Shown here: positions 21,071 through 31,079 of the stretch, in pieces
Position numbering within the stretch: the stretch's first letter is position 1
Layout of the letters: each line of letters opens with the position of its first letter
DNA from: a bacterium
Lineage (GTDB): Bacteria; Myxococcota_A; UBA9160; UBA4427
Assembly: GCA_024742285.1 (NCBI GenBank)
Contig: JANSYR010000012.1
Coordinates: forward strand, 36,260 to 100,259
Direction of reading: 5' to 3'
Length of the DNA: 64,000 nt
Notes under the pieces: model-generated
Seen by the model: the letters and a program-made list of their open reading frames with translations, nothing else
Databases searched by the model: none
Told to the model about the DNA's origin: nothing
Made by a program: the position numbers and the translations under genes

Positions 21071-21985
21071 ATGCGCATGACGAGTCCTGCAGCGAGCCTC
21101 ACGGGGCGAGGCGTCTGGTTCTATCCCGATGGACTGAGCGGGAACGAGACCATCGAGTTCGCCCAGCGCCTCGAAGCCCTCGGCTACTCGGCGCTCTGGA
21201 TGCCCGACGCGGGCGGTCGCGACGTGTTCGCCCTCGCGGCCCGTCTGCTCGACCACACCGAGCGCCTGGTCGTCGCGAGCGGAGTCGCCAACGTCTACGG
21301 GCGCGACGCGCTCGCGATGCGGTCGGCGCAGCTGACCCTCGCGGAGCAGTCCGGGGGAAGGTTCCTGCTCGGGATCGGCATCTCCCACCAGCCCCTCGTC
21401 GAGGACATGCGGGGCCACACGTACGGCAAGCCGGTCGCGACGATGCGCGCCTATCTCGAGGCGATGGCGACCGCGGACGCCGGCTACGTCGGTCCGCGGC
21501 CGGAGGAAGCGCCGCCGACGGTGCTCGCCGCCCTCGGCCCGAAGATGCTCGAGCTCGCCCGGGACGCCGCGGAGGGCGCTCATCCCTACATGGTCACGCC
21601 CGCGCACACGAAGCAGGCGCGGGCGCTGCTCGGGCCCGATCGTCTCCTGTGCACGGAGCAGAAGGTCGTCCTCGAATCCGATCCGGAGGCCGCCCTCGCG
21701 ATCGCGCGGGAGACCGCGGCGATCGCCATGGGGCTGCAGCTGCCGAACTACCAGAACAACCTGATCCGGCTCGGCTTCGAGGCCGCCGACTTCGAAGCGG
21801 GGCCGAGCGACCGGGTGATCGACGCCGTGGTCGCGATGGGCGACGCCGCCACGATCGAGGCCCGCTTGCAGGCGCACGTGGATGCGGGCGCGAACCACGT
21901 CTGCATCCATCCGATCCACCCGGAGGGCCTCTCGGTCCCCTGGTGGCCGGCCCTCGAGGCGCTCGCGCCGGCAGGGAGCGCGTAG
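21071..21985 (+). CDS. LLM-class oxidoreductase (possibly F420-dependent subgroup)
   Basis: GVWFYPDG...LGYSALWMPDAGGRD...FLLGIGISH. Start at 21071 or 21077. Confidence 0.6.
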   Translation: MRMTSPAASLTGRGVWFYPDGLSGNETIEFAQRLEALGYSALWMPDAGGRDVFALAARLLDHTERLVVASGVANVYGRDALAMRSAQLTLAEQSGGRFLLGIGISHQPLVEDMRGHTYGKPVATMRAYLEAMATADAGYVGPRPEEAPPTVLAALGPKMLELARDAAEGAHPYMVTPAHTKQARALLGPDRLLCTEQKVVLESDPEAALAIARETAAIAMGLQLPNYQNNLIRLGFEAADFEAGPSDRVIDAVVAMGDAATIEARLQAHVDAGANHVCIHPIHPEGLSVPWWPALEALAPAGSA

Positions 21986-22285
21986 CGCCGACGCGCCCTC
22001 GGGCGCGGGCCCCGCCGGGCCGGCGGCAAGTCAAGCGCAAACGCCGCTCGGACCTGCGTCCCCCTGAGGCCGCAGAACGGCCTCGAAACGCGCGTATTCG
22101 CGAGGGATCAGGGGGGCGGACCGGCCCACCTGCCTGTCGCCTGCCGTGGGAAGTGCTGCATCGCGCACGTCGCGATTTCGCCCGCCGCCTGCACTCACGA
22201 TCGCAGGCATCGCTCCACTCGAGGAGCGTCGTCGCGGGCGCAGGGGGCGGTCGGGGCGGCGGGACGCGGTGCTTCGGAGCCCACC

Positions 22286-24634
22286 ATGACCACCACGACC
22301 CGACGATTCCGCCATCGCGGACCTCTCCGCCGCAGTCCGCTCGCGACCTACGCGCTGATCGCCCTGTCGATCGTCGCGCTCGTCGGCGTGGGCTGCCGCG
22401 CGCAGAACTCGAACGACTCGCCGATGGGCGGGGCGAGCGCGGCCTTCTCCCAGTCCGCGTCCAGTGGCCAGCCCGGTCTGATGGTGAGCTTCACGAACGA
22501 TTCGACCGGCGACTTCGATTCGCTCGTCTGGGACTTCGGGAACGCCGAGACCAGCACGGACCCCAACCCGACGGTGCAGTACGACGACTCGGGGACCTAT
22601 ACGGTCTCGCTCACGCTCAGGACGTCCCAGGGCACGAGCTCCGCCACCAGCGAGGTCGTCGTCGCCGCGCTGCCGACCTCGGACTTCTCGTGCACGCCGG
22701 ACTTCGGCTTCGTGCCCGTGAACGTGTCCTGCTCGAGCTCCGCCACCGGCGCCGTCGACACGCGCTACGAGGTGAGCGGGATCGGGGCGGTCCTGAACGG
22801 TGCGAGCGTCGCTTTCGAGCTCCCGGTCGCGGGGGCGTACACCGTCACGCAGATCGTCGACAACGGAATCGGCGACGAGGACCAGACGTCGACGACGATC
22901 GACGCGTACGACCTCGCGATCTCGGCCTCGGTGCCGAGTGGCTCGCCCCCGTCGGTGGGCCCGATCCTGTTCAGTGCCGTCACGGGGGCACCCGCGCCGA
23001 CGCTCGATGCCTGGTTCGTGGACGGCGTGCTCGCCGACATCGGTTCCAGCCTGTTCCAGTCGCTGGGCGAGCCCGGGACCTACACGATCATGTACCAGTA
23101 CGGCAACGCGTCGCTCACCGAGACGGTCGAGATCCAGTACCTGGTCGCGTTCGGCGCCCCTTCGGCGGCCTTCACCGTCTCGACGGCCGAAGGCGCGGGC
23201 CCCCTCGACGTGACCTTCACCGACACGTCGACCGGCACGCTCAACGCCTGGCGCTGGGACTTCGGCGACGGCGAGTTCTGTGACTTCCCGGCGCCGGATG
23301 GAGTCGATCCCGACGATCCGACGGTCTGCGACAGCGCGAGCCCGACGCACACCTACGACGCGATCGGTCGCTACGACGTCACGCTCCGGGTGACCGGCGA
23401 GGACACGGATCCCAGCGATCCGGACCTGACCGACACCGTGACCCAGAACGACGCCGTGACCGTCACGATCATCGATCCGGGATTCGAGAACCAGACCGTC
23501 GCGTCGACGATCGACGTCGGCTGGACGGCGATCACCCCGGCGAGCGCGACCGCGTCCGCCGAGCACGTAGCACTCTCCCAGAACGTCGGGGGCGCCGACG
23601 CGGGCATGCCGACCGAAGGTCGCCAGTGGGCCGCCCTCGACGGCCTCGGAACCAACGGGAGCGACGCGGCCGTCGACGTCGAGAACGGCATCCGTCAGGA
23701 CTTCCTGCGCCCGGCCACGGCCAGCGTCCTCGAGTTCGACTACGTGCTGCTCTATTCGGAGCCGCCGGCGGGCGCGGTGCTCGACGCGATGACGGCGACG
23801 GTCGGCAACGGAACGGACACCGTCGAGATCACGAGTGCGCAGGCGGATGTTCGCTCGCCCTTCGCCGGCGGCTCGACGCGCTACCCGACCCTCGACGGCG
23901 CGACGACCCGCGCCACGCCGGTCCGGACGGCGAGTCTCGATCTCGCGGCGGTGCCCGAGTTCGCGGGGGACTCGCCGGACCAGGTCTACACGCTCACCAT
24001 CCGCCTGACGAACGACCTGAACGACTTCCGCAGCCCGCGGGCCTACGTCGACGACATCCGGTTCACGGATCCGGCGACGCCTTTCACGGCCTCGTTCTCG
24101 GCCCCGGCGACGATCGTGGCCGGGCAGGCCGTGGACTTCCTGGACGAGACCTGCCTGGGCGTCGGTGGCTGCGTCGATCCGACGAGCTTCCGCTGGGACT
24201 TCGGAACCCACCTCTCCCCGGCGATGCTCACGTCGAGCGGGTCGGCGGAACAGAACCCGTCCTACACCTTCGTCGAGGCGGGCGACTACGACGTGCGCCT
24301 GCTCGCCCGGAACGCCGATCAGGAGTCGCTCGCGACGATGAGTGTCACCGTCCTCGAGGCCGCAGTCGCGATCCCGGTGGTCGATTCGATCGGCTACACG
24401 GGCGCGGGCGGCGTGACGGCGCCGGCGATGGTCACCTTCGAGGACCAGTCGACCGCCGATCCGTCGGACACGATCATCGCCTGGAGCTGGGACTTCGCGG
24501 GCTGGGGCACGTCGACGCTCCAGAACCCGGCCCCGGTCGCGATCAACCAGGCGGGCATCTGGACCATCCGCCTCACGATCACGACGGCCTCGGGCCAGGT
24601 GGACACCACGAGCCTCGACGTCGTGATCGACTGA
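22286..24634 (+). CDS. Large secreted PKD-repeat protein
   Basis: Signal peptide; several PKD-like repeats (WDFGNAETSTDPNPTVQYDDSGTYTVSLT, WRWDFGDGEF...PTHTYDAIGRYDVTLRV, FRWDFGTH...NPSYTFVEAGDYDVRLLA, WSWDF...). Thr/Ser/Asp-rich. Confidence 0.7.
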   Translation: MTTTTRRFRHRGPLRRSPLATYALIALSIVALVGVGCRAQNSNDSPMGGASAAFSQSASSGQPGLMVSFTNDSTGDFDSLVWDFGNAETSTDPNPTVQYDDSGTYTVSLTLRTSQGTSSATSEVVVAALPTSDFSCTPDFGFVPVNVSCSSSATGAVDTRYEVSGIGAVLNGASVAFELPVAGAYTVTQIVDNGIGDEDQTSTTIDAYDLAISASVPSGSPPSVGPILFSAVTGAPAPTLDAWFVDGVLADIGSSLFQSLGEPGTYTIMYQYGNASLTETVEIQYLVAFGAPSAAFTVSTAEGAGPLDVTFTDTSTGTLNAWRWDFGDGEFCDFPAPDGVDPDDPTVCDSASPTHTYDAIGRYDVTLRVTGEDTDPSDPDLTDTVTQNDAVTVTIIDPGFENQTVASTIDVGWTAITPASATASAEHVALSQNVGGADAGMPTEGRQWAALDGLGTNGSDAAVDVENGIRQDFLRPATASVLEFDYVLLYSEPPAGAVLDAMTATVGNGTDTVEITSAQADVRSPFAGGSTRYPTLDGATTRATPVRTASLDLAAVPEFAGDSPDQVYTLTIRLTNDLNDFRSPRAYVDDIRFTDPATPFTASFSAPATIVAGQAVDFLDETCLGVGGCVDPTSFRWDFGTHLSPAMLTSSGSAEQNPSYTFVEAGDYDVRLLARNADQESLATMSVTVLEAAVAIPVVDSIGYTGAGGVTAPAMVTFEDQSTADPSDTIIAWSWDFAGWGTSTLQNPAPVAINQAGIWTIRLTITTASGQVDTTSLDVVID

Positions 24635-24710
24635 CCCGGCCGCGGAGCATCCGATCGATTGCGGGGGGTCCGCCCTTTACTCCGCGCCTCGATCGGTCGA
24701 TGTTTGGGAC

Positions 24711-25733
24711 ATGGACCGCCGTCCCGACCGCAGCTCCGCCCGAATCGAGGCTATATCCACCCGTCCTGGCGCGGGCTGGATCCTTTCGGCCGGATCGGCC
24801 TGTCTGCTCGTGCTCAGCCTCGTCCTCCCTGCGACTTCTTCGCTCGCGGGCAGCCACGATGACCGCGCCGATGGGCACGGGCACGGCCATCGGACCCATT
24901 CTCCGCGCAGCGGCCCCGCGCGGGGCGTGTCGGCGCCGAACGTGCGCTTCGAGATCTTCTACGACTACCTCGAGCAGGACTCGACGGACACGTACAACGG
25001 CGCCGGGCCGAGCACGCTCTCGATCGACGAGCACGACGGGCACGGCTCCCGTTCGGCGCTCACCGGCATCTTTCCGATCTGGGGACCGATCGGCGCGCGC
25101 GCCCAGCTGCGTGGCGCCTACGGTCACCGCCAGCGGAGCCTCGATGGCCTCGCTCGGGGCAACAACGAGATCTCCGCGAGCGGCGCCGGGCTCGAGCTCT
25201 TCGTCCGGGACCCGGAACGCGGCGCCCTATCCGCGGGCGGCGGCTGGGACAGGCTGGCGCGGGACGGACCGATCGACGCCGAGGAATACCGCGGTCACGT
25301 GACCGCGCAGGTCTTCTTCCCGGATCTCGGGACCGGACCGGTCGACTGGAATCTCCACTTCGGCTTCACCCATCGCGAGGTCGACGACGTGCCCGGGACC
25401 GCCGACGTCGACGCCGACCGCTATCTCGTTCGCGCGCAGAGCGGCTGGTACGCGAGCGAGAACGTCCAGATCCTCCTGGGCGTCCAGTGGGATCGCGCCG
25501 AGGAGGAGTTCTCGAGCGAAGAGGACACCGAGGCGATCTTCGAGGCGCGCTGGTTCGTGCCCGTGCCGGTGATCCCGGTCGAGCTCCGGGTCGGCGGTTC
25601 CGCCGGCGTCTCCGAGTACAAGCGCCCGCCCTTCCGCGCGGACCGGCGCCCGATCTACGGCGCGAGCGTCGGCCTCGTCTTCCGCTTCGGCGCGGGCGAG
25701 ACCCTGATCGACACCCAGCGCCGCTACGACTGA
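24711..25733 (+). CDS. Hypothetical secreted protein with His-rich N-terminus
   Basis: Signal peptide, then HDDRADGHGHGHRTH directly after the predicted cleavage site; Asp/Gly-rich. No family recognised. Confidence 0.4.
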   Translation: MDRRPDRSSARIEAISTRPGAGWILSAGSACLLVLSLVLPATSSLAGSHDDRADGHGHGHRTHSPRSGPARGVSAPNVRFEIFYDYLEQDSTDTYNGAGPSTLSIDEHDGHGSRSALTGIFPIWGPIGARAQLRGAYGHRQRSLDGLARGNNEISASGAGLELFVRDPERGALSAGGGWDRLARDGPIDAEEYRGHVTAQVFFPDLGTGPVDWNLHFGFTHREVDDVPGTADVDADRYLVRAQSGWYASENVQILLGVQWDRAEEEFSSEEDTEAIFEARWFVPVPVIPVELRVGGSAGVSEYKRPPFRADRRPIYGASVGLVFRFGAGETLIDTQRRYD

Positions 25734-25858
25734 TCGGGTCTCCGACGTCTCGCGTCCTTCTCGCGAGTGCGGCGCCTTCGACGACTCGCGCGCCTTGACC
25801 GCCACGCGGGACTCGTCCACGCTTCGCGACGGTCGGACGCGCCCGGCCTTTCCGTCCG

Positions 25859-27046
25859 ATGCCGGGGAACGCCTTGCTGCTCGAGCGCCGCTACCTGCCT
25901 CTCTTCCTCGTGACGTTCACGCTCGCCGTCGGCTATGCGTTCATCTATTCGCTGACCGCCGTGATCCGAAGCCGCTTCGGGATCAGCGAGACGGGGATCG
26001 GTTGGATCGGCGGGATCGGCTTCGCGGCAGGCTTCCTCTCGATGGTGAGCCTCTCGCGCTACGCCGACCGCGGGCACACCCGGGCCATGTTGCGCGCGGG
26101 CGTCGGCCTCGTCCTGCTCGGGAACGTGGGGATGATCTTCGCGTCGGACCTGGCGGGCTTCCTCGCTTCGCGGACGCTCCTCGGACTCGGGGGCGGGCTC
26201 TTCACACCGGCCGTCCGGCGGCTGGTGGTTCTCTCCGACCCGGAGCGCGCGGGCGAACGTCTCGGCGCCATGGCGGCCTTCGACATGGCGGGCTTTCTCG
26301 CCGGTCCGGTCCTCGCGACCTTCTTCTACGAGCTCGGGGGCCTGCGCGCGGCGTTCGCGTCGCTGGCCGGTCTCGCCTTCCTCGTCTCGATTCCGGTCCT
26401 GCGCTTCCGCTTCGAGGAGGCGCCGCAGGTGCTCGGAGACGCGTCCCGCGAGCGACCGATTCGTGACCTTCTCGCACTCGGGCCCGTGCGGGGCGTGGTG
26501 CTCTGCACGATCGCCTTCTACACCACCGTCGGTGTCTTCGAGGCGATCTGGTCGATCTTCCTCGACGATCTGGGCGCGAGCCAGCGATACATCGCGCTGA
26601 CGCTCACGCTCTTCGCGATCCCGATGCTCTTCGTGCCGATCTACGGCGGGCGCCTCGCGCAGCGGCAGGGGCCCCTCCGCGTCGCCGCCTGGAGCGTCGG
26701 CGCGGCGATCCCGTTCATGGCCCTCTACGGCGGGCTCACGGATCTGGCGGCGCTCGGCGTGCTCTGCGTCGTCCACGCGATCGCGGACTCGTTCACGATG
26801 CCGAGCCTCCAGCTCGGGATCGCGCAGGCCGCACCGCGTCGCCACCTCGCGTCCGGGCAGGGGCTCGTCGGCGCGACCGGGCAGGCGGTCGCGGCGGTCA
26901 CCGCGATCGGGTCCGGGACCGTCTACCAGTTCCAGGGTGCGACCGCGCTCTTCACCGGGAGCGCCGCGATCATGCTCGTGCTGCTCGTCGCCGGGCTCTG
27001 GCAGGGACGGACGTTGATGGCGCCGTCCTCGGCAGAGCCCGCGTGA
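25859..27046 (+). CDS. MFS transporter
   Basis: 395 aa, about 12 TM segments, MFS-like loop RTLLGLGGG. Confidence 0.7.
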   Translation: MPGNALLLERRYLPLFLVTFTLAVGYAFIYSLTAVIRSRFGISETGIGWIGGIGFAAGFLSMVSLSRYADRGHTRAMLRAGVGLVLLGNVGMIFASDLAGFLASRTLLGLGGGLFTPAVRRLVVLSDPERAGERLGAMAAFDMAGFLAGPVLATFFYELGGLRAAFASLAGLAFLVSIPVLRFRFEEAPQVLGDASRERPIRDLLALGPVRGVVLCTIAFYTTVGVFEAIWSIFLDDLGASQRYIALTLTLFAIPMLFVPIYGGRLAQRQGPLRVAAWSVGAAIPFMALYGGLTDLAALGVLCVVHAIADSFTMPSLQLGIAQAAPRRHLASGQGLVGATGQAVAAVTAIGSGTVYQFQGATALFTGSAAIMLVLLVAGLWQGRTLMAPSSAEPA

Positions 27047-27053
27047 ATCCGGT

Positions 27054-28508
27054 CTAGCCCTCGAACTGGATCGCGCCGTCCTCGAGCGGGGCGTTCCGGA
27101 TCATCTTCTTGTCGAGGGTGTAGTTCTGGGTGTTCCGCCAGGGACCGCGATCACTCTGCTTCGGGAACAGGTGCATCATGCGCTTCATGTAGCCCGGGTT
27201 GAAGTCGTCGATCCAGTCGAGAGCGGGCATGCCCTCGTCTTCGGGGCGGAGCCGCGGGACGGCGATGGACTTGCCGGTCGCGGCCATGTGGTTGAGCACG
27301 CGGCAGGCGTACTCGCTCGTGATGTCCGCGCGAAGCGTCCAGGAGGCGTTGATGTAGCCGAAGGTCTGGATCAGGTTCGGCACGTCGGAGTACATCATGC
27401 CCTTGTAGCTGAACGTGTCCGGGAACGAGATCGGCGCGCCGTCCTTCGAGAACTCGACGCCGCCGAGGACCTTGAGCTCGAGACCGGTCGCGGTGACGAT
27501 GATGTCGGCCTCGACCTTCTCGCCGGATTCCATCTCGATCCCGTTCTCGGTGAAGCGACTGATGTGGTCGGTCACGACCGAGACCCGACCCTCGCGGATG
27601 CCTTCGTAGAGGTCTCCGTTCGGGATCAGGCAGAGGCGCTGGTCCCACGGGTTGTAGTCGGGGGTGAAGTGCTTCTCGACGTCGTAGTCCGGCCCGAGCT
27701 CTTCGCGGACCATGCCGAGGAGGCGCTCCTTGACCCTCTCGGGCTTCGTGCGCGTCCGGTTGTAGAGGAAGCGCTGGAGCTGGACGTTCTTGAAGCGGGT
27801 GATCGCGTAGGCCCACTTGTTCGGCAGGAACTTCCGGAGCCAGTTCGCGATCGCGTCGCGGTCCGGGCGGGACACGACGTAGGTCGGCGAACGCTGGACC
27901 ATCGTCACATGGGCCGCGTCGTCCGCCATGTTCGGGACGATCGTCATGGCGGTTGCCCCGCTGCCGATCACGGCGACGCGCTTGTCCGTGTAGTCGAGAT
28001 CCTCCGGCCAGAACTGCGGATCGACGATCTGGCCCGCGAACGTGTCCTGACCCTCGAAGTCGGGTCGGTAGCCGCGCTCGTAGTCGTAGTAGCCGGCGCA
28101 CATGAAGAGGAAGTTGCAGGAGAGCTGGACCGTCTCGTCGCCGCCCACCAGGACGTCGAGGGTCCACTTCTTCTCCGCGGTCGACCACGCGGCGGCCTGC
28201 AGGCTGTGGCGGAAGCGGATGTGCTGGCGGACGTCGAACTCGTCGGCGGCCTCGTTCACGTACTCGCGAATCGCGGGGCCGTCGGCGATCGACTTCTCGG
28301 CGACCCAGGGCTTGAAGCTGAAGCCGAGGGTGTGCATGTCGCTGTCCGAGCGGATGCCGGGGTAGCGGAACAGGTCCCAGGTACCGCCGATGGCGTCGCG
28401 GCCTTCGAGGAGGGTGAACGTGCGCTCGGGGCACTTCTCCTGGAGGTGGCAGGCGGCGTCGATACCGGACAGGCCGGCGCCGACGATGACGACGTCGAAA
28501 TGATCCAT
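27054..28508 (-). CDS. Flavin-containing monooxygenase (class B, Baeyer-Villiger-like)
   Basis: VVIVGAGLSGI FAD motif, FxGxxxDxxxWP-like (FAGQIVDPQFWP), second Rossmann motif VAVIGSGATA. Confidence 0.75.
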   Translation of the reverse strand: MDHFDVVIVGAGLSGIDAACHLQEKCPERTFTLLEGRDAIGGTWDLFRYPGIRSDSDMHTLGFSFKPWVAEKSIADGPAIREYVNEAADEFDVRQHIRFRHSLQAAAWSTAEKKWTLDVLVGGDETVQLSCNFLFMCAGYYDYERGYRPDFEGQDTFAGQIVDPQFWPEDLDYTDKRVAVIGSGATAMTIVPNMADDAAHVTMVQRSPTYVVSRPDRDAIANWLRKFLPNKWAYAITRFKNVQLQRFLYNRTRTKPERVKERLLGMVREELGPDYDVEKHFTPDYNPWDQRLCLIPNGDLYEGIREGRVSVVTDHISRFTENGIEMESGEKVEADIIVTATGLELKVLGGVEFSKDGAPISFPDTFSYKGMMYSDVPNLIQTFGYINASWTLRADITSEYACRVLNHMAATGKSIAVPRLRPEDEGMPALDWIDDFNPGYMKRMMHLFPKQSDRGPWRNTQNYTLDKKMIRNAPLEDGAIQFEG

Positions 28509-28681
28509 GGGGTGGGGTCTCCGGCGCGGGCCGCGGGCGGGGCCTCGACGCGGGCGAGAGGGTACCGAAAGGCCAGGCCTACGGTCGGACGCCGGGTTCC
28601 GTTCGCCGGGGGCATCGCTGCGCTGTAAGCTCGCGCCGCGCTCGTCCTTCCGACGCGCGGGAACGAGCCGGAAAGGCCCGC

Positions 28682-29464
28682 ATGTCCTCGCCCCTCGACA
28701 AGTTTCGCCTCGACGGAAAGACGATCGCCGTGACCGGCGCCTCGTCCGGCTTCGGCTCCCACTTCGCCGGCGTGCTCGCGGAGGCGGGTGCCCGGGTCGT
28801 GCTGGGCGCCCGGCGCCTCGAGAAGATCGAGGCCCGCGTGGAGGAGATCCGCGAGGGCGGCGGGGAGGCCCACGGTCTGACGCTCGACGTGAACGACCGC
28901 GCGAGTCTCGAAGGCTTCCTCGACGCGGCCTGGGACCTGGGCGGCCGCCTCGACGTGCTGATCCAGAACGCCGGCGTCGAGGCCGGGGCGAAGACCTTCG
29001 AGACGATCGACGACGACGACTGGGATCGCGTCCTCGACACGAACCTGAAGAGCGCCTGGCGCGGGGCGCAGCGCTACGTCGAGCGCGTCCGGACCCGCGA
29101 GCAGGGGGGAGGCAACATCGTCAACGTCGGCTCGATCACCGCCTTCCGCACGATCAAGGGACAGTTTCCGTATGCCGTCTCGAAGGCGGGTCTCCACAAG
29201 GCGACCGAGGTGCTCGCCCTCGAAGCCGCGCGCTACGGCGTACGCGTGAACACGCTCGCGCCAGGCTACGTCCTGACCGACGTGAGTCGGCTCCTCCTCG
29301 AGGGGCCGACGGCCGACGACTTCGTCAAGGGGATCCCGCAGCGTCGCTACGGCGAGTTCGAGGACCTCGACGGGCCGCTGCTGCTGCTCGCGTCCGACGC
29401 GTCCGCCTACATGACGGGGTCGACCGTCGTCGTCGACGGCGGGCACGTCGTGTCTTCGCTCTAG
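28682..29464 (+). CDS. SDR-family oxidoreductase
   Basis: TGASSGFG, NAG, YAVSKAG catalytic motif. Confidence 0.75.
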   Translation: MSSPLDKFRLDGKTIAVTGASSGFGSHFAGVLAEAGARVVLGARRLEKIEARVEEIREGGGEAHGLTLDVNDRASLEGFLDAAWDLGGRLDVLIQNAGVEAGAKTFETIDDDDWDRVLDTNLKSAWRGAQRYVERVRTREQGGGNIVNVGSITAFRTIKGQFPYAVSKAGLHKATEVLALEAARYGVRVNTLAPGYVLTDVSRLLLEGPTADDFVKGIPQRRYGEFEDLDGPLLLLASDASAYMTGSTVVVDGGHVVSSL

Positions 29465-29476
29465 GCGGAGCCCCGT

Positions 29477-30118
29477 CTAGCGATTCACTTCGACGATCGC
29501 CTTCATCATGTCGGCGAGGTCGTTCGCGACCGAGGGCTTGGCGTCCATCCGCGCGATCCACTCGCCGAGGTTCGTGAGGTCGGGCGAGGGCGCCGCGCCG
29601 AGGGTCGAAGCGAAGAGCGTCGCCAGCCGATAGGTCACGTCCGCCGGATTGAATCGGTCCGCCGCGATCCACTCGCGTCCCTTCAGCTGCGCGTCGAGCG
29701 CGGTGTACTGCTCGGCGAGCGCGCGCTTCGCTTCCTCGATCTCGTCGGCCTCCCCTGCGCCATAGAAGACGTTCGCGATCAGCGTCCATACGTGCGGAAA
29801 GAACACCTCGTCCGCATGCAGCTCCGCCATCCGCACTAGAGCCCGCTCTCCGGGATCCTCCGGAAAGAGCCGCGGCTCGGGCCACTTCTCGTCCAGGTAC
29901 TCGACGATCACCGTCGAGTCCCAGAGCGCGACGTCGCCGTCGACGAAGACGGGGACCTGCGCCTTCGGGTTCAGCTCGAGCACCCTCGGATGCTTCGGCT
30001 CGTAGCCCTGCTTTCCGAACGGGACTTCGACGCGTTCGTAGTCGATGGCCTTCTCTGCGAGGGCGATGCGGACCTTGGCCGTGAAGAGCGAGAGGGGACC
30101 GGAATAGAGGGTGGGCAT
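29477..30118 (-). CDS. Glutathione S-transferase
   Basis: Start at MPTLYSGPLSLFTAKVR with GGAGG RBS; GST N- and C-domain patterns (QVPVFVDGDVALWDSTVIVEYL). Confidence 0.7.
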   Translation of the reverse strand: MPTLYSGPLSLFTAKVRIALAEKAIDYERVEVPFGKQGYEPKHPRVLELNPKAQVPVFVDGDVALWDSTVIVEYLDEKWPEPRLFPEDPGERALVRMAELHADEVFFPHVWTLIANVFYGAGEADEIEEAKRALAEQYTALDAQLKGREWIAADRFNPADVTYRLATLFASTLGAAPSPDLTNLGEWIARMDAKPSVANDLADMMKAIVEVNR

Positions 30119-30315
30119 GGCGACCTCCGGGGTTTGGGCGCAATCGGGAGCATCGAGCAGGCGTCGGGCGCCCGGAAGGGCCAATTGCCGGACGATGTCG
30201 GGCACCAATCTCGTGGAAGGCGGGAGGACGGGCGCGCGATGCCGGCGCGATGCCGATCCGTGTTCGTATCACGGTCGAACTAACAGACTTTATCGGGGAG
30301 AGCGTCGATTTTTCG

Positions 30316-30343
30316 TTGACAGGATCGGGATCGACGATAAATT
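30316..30343 (+). promoter_or_regulatory. Sigma70-like promoter (TTGACA-N16-TAAATT) in an AT-rich patch, bracketed by the inverted repeat CGTCGAT/ATCGACG
   Basis: Read from sequence; an AT-rich patch in a 70% GC genome; it sits 30 nt upstream of a small ORF with a GAGGT RBS. Confidence 0.3.
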
Positions 30344-30372
30344 GCGCCGCCACTCCAGACGAGGTACGAGCC

Positions 30373-30543
30373 ATGTTGGTCTCGCGAACAGGATGGAATC
30401 AGATGCGACGGCAGATGCAGACGGTGTGTCGAGCGGCGTTGGCTTCGAACGGCGGCGAATTCGCCGGGTTCGAGAGCCATATCGGCTCACTCCGCTTCGG
30501 CCTGGCTGATTCGGAATCCGACCTCGTCTCGCTCGCGCCCTAG
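30373..30543 (+). CDS. Hypothetical small protein (56 aa)
   Basis: ATG with a GAGGT RBS 8 nt upstream, downstream of the promoter-like element. No similarity recognised; this could also be part of a non-coding leader. Confidence 0.2.
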   Translation: MLVSRTGWNQMRRQMQTVCRAALASNGGEFAGFESHIGSLRFGLADSESDLVSLAP

Positions 30544-30744
30544 CAAGAGCGCTTCGAGCGAGATCGGCTAGGACGGACTTCGTCTGACGAGGTTCGCCGC
30601 GGGGATTCCCTTCCTCGCCCGAGCGCCTGGCTCTGAGGCGTCGCGACGTCGCGTCGCGCCCATGGACGACCGCGTCAGCGAATCGACCCGCGGACGCCGT
30701 GCGGGATCGTTGCGCCCGGGAAGGGATTCCTGCGCGCACGGACC

Positions 30745-30832
30745 GCGAACGACGATGGCGGATCTGGTTCAACGGGAGAACGCCGGAATGTGACTCCGGA
30801 GATGTCGGGTTCGATTCCCACGGTTCGCACCA
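30745..30832 (+). tRNA. tRNA-like element, degenerate (His-like anticodon arm CCGGA-AUGUGAC-UCCGG, T-loop GGGTTCGATTCCC, ends ACCA)
   Basis: Folded by eye: the 3' half resembles tRNA-His (anticodon GTG, T-arm, acceptor, ACCA), but the 5' half is 12 nt too long and the T-stem has mismatches. Possible pseudo-tRNA. Confidence 0.25.
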
Positions 30833-30985
30833 CTTTCACGGATGAACTCGCAGATAGAGGAGAGATCCGAAAACGAGCATCGCGAATGCGATCGGTCACC
30901 AGCGGAGTCGGTTCTGTATGCCGACCCGGGGCGAGGGAGTTCGTTCTCCCCGCGTCTACCGGGGCCCCTCGCGCGCGACGCACCA

Positions 30986-31059
30986 GCGTGGATAGCTCAG
31001 CAGGTGAGAGCAACGGACGCAGAATCCGTAGGCCGCAGGTTCGATTCCTGCTCCATTCG
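30986..31059 (+). tRNA. tRNA-like element / probable pseudo-tRNA (D-arm TAGCTCAGCAGGTGAGAGC, anticodon stem ACGGA/TCCGT, T-arm GCAGGTTCGATTCCTGC)
   Basis: Full cloverleaf geometry of 73 nt, but G at position 33 of the anticodon loop (loop cgCAGaa) and two non-Watson-Crick acceptor pairs. No CCA. Confidence 0.3.
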
Positions 31060-31079
31060 CTTCTTTACCCGAAGCACCC

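Noticed and set aside
30250-30543. The longer 97 aa ORF 30250..30543 and the overlapping 30111..30509 and 30290..30772 ORFs
   Set aside because: There are no RBS-associated starts and the translations are low-complexity. Only the 56-codon ORF from ATG 30373 (GAGGT RBS, downstream of the promoter-like element) is kept, at low confidence.
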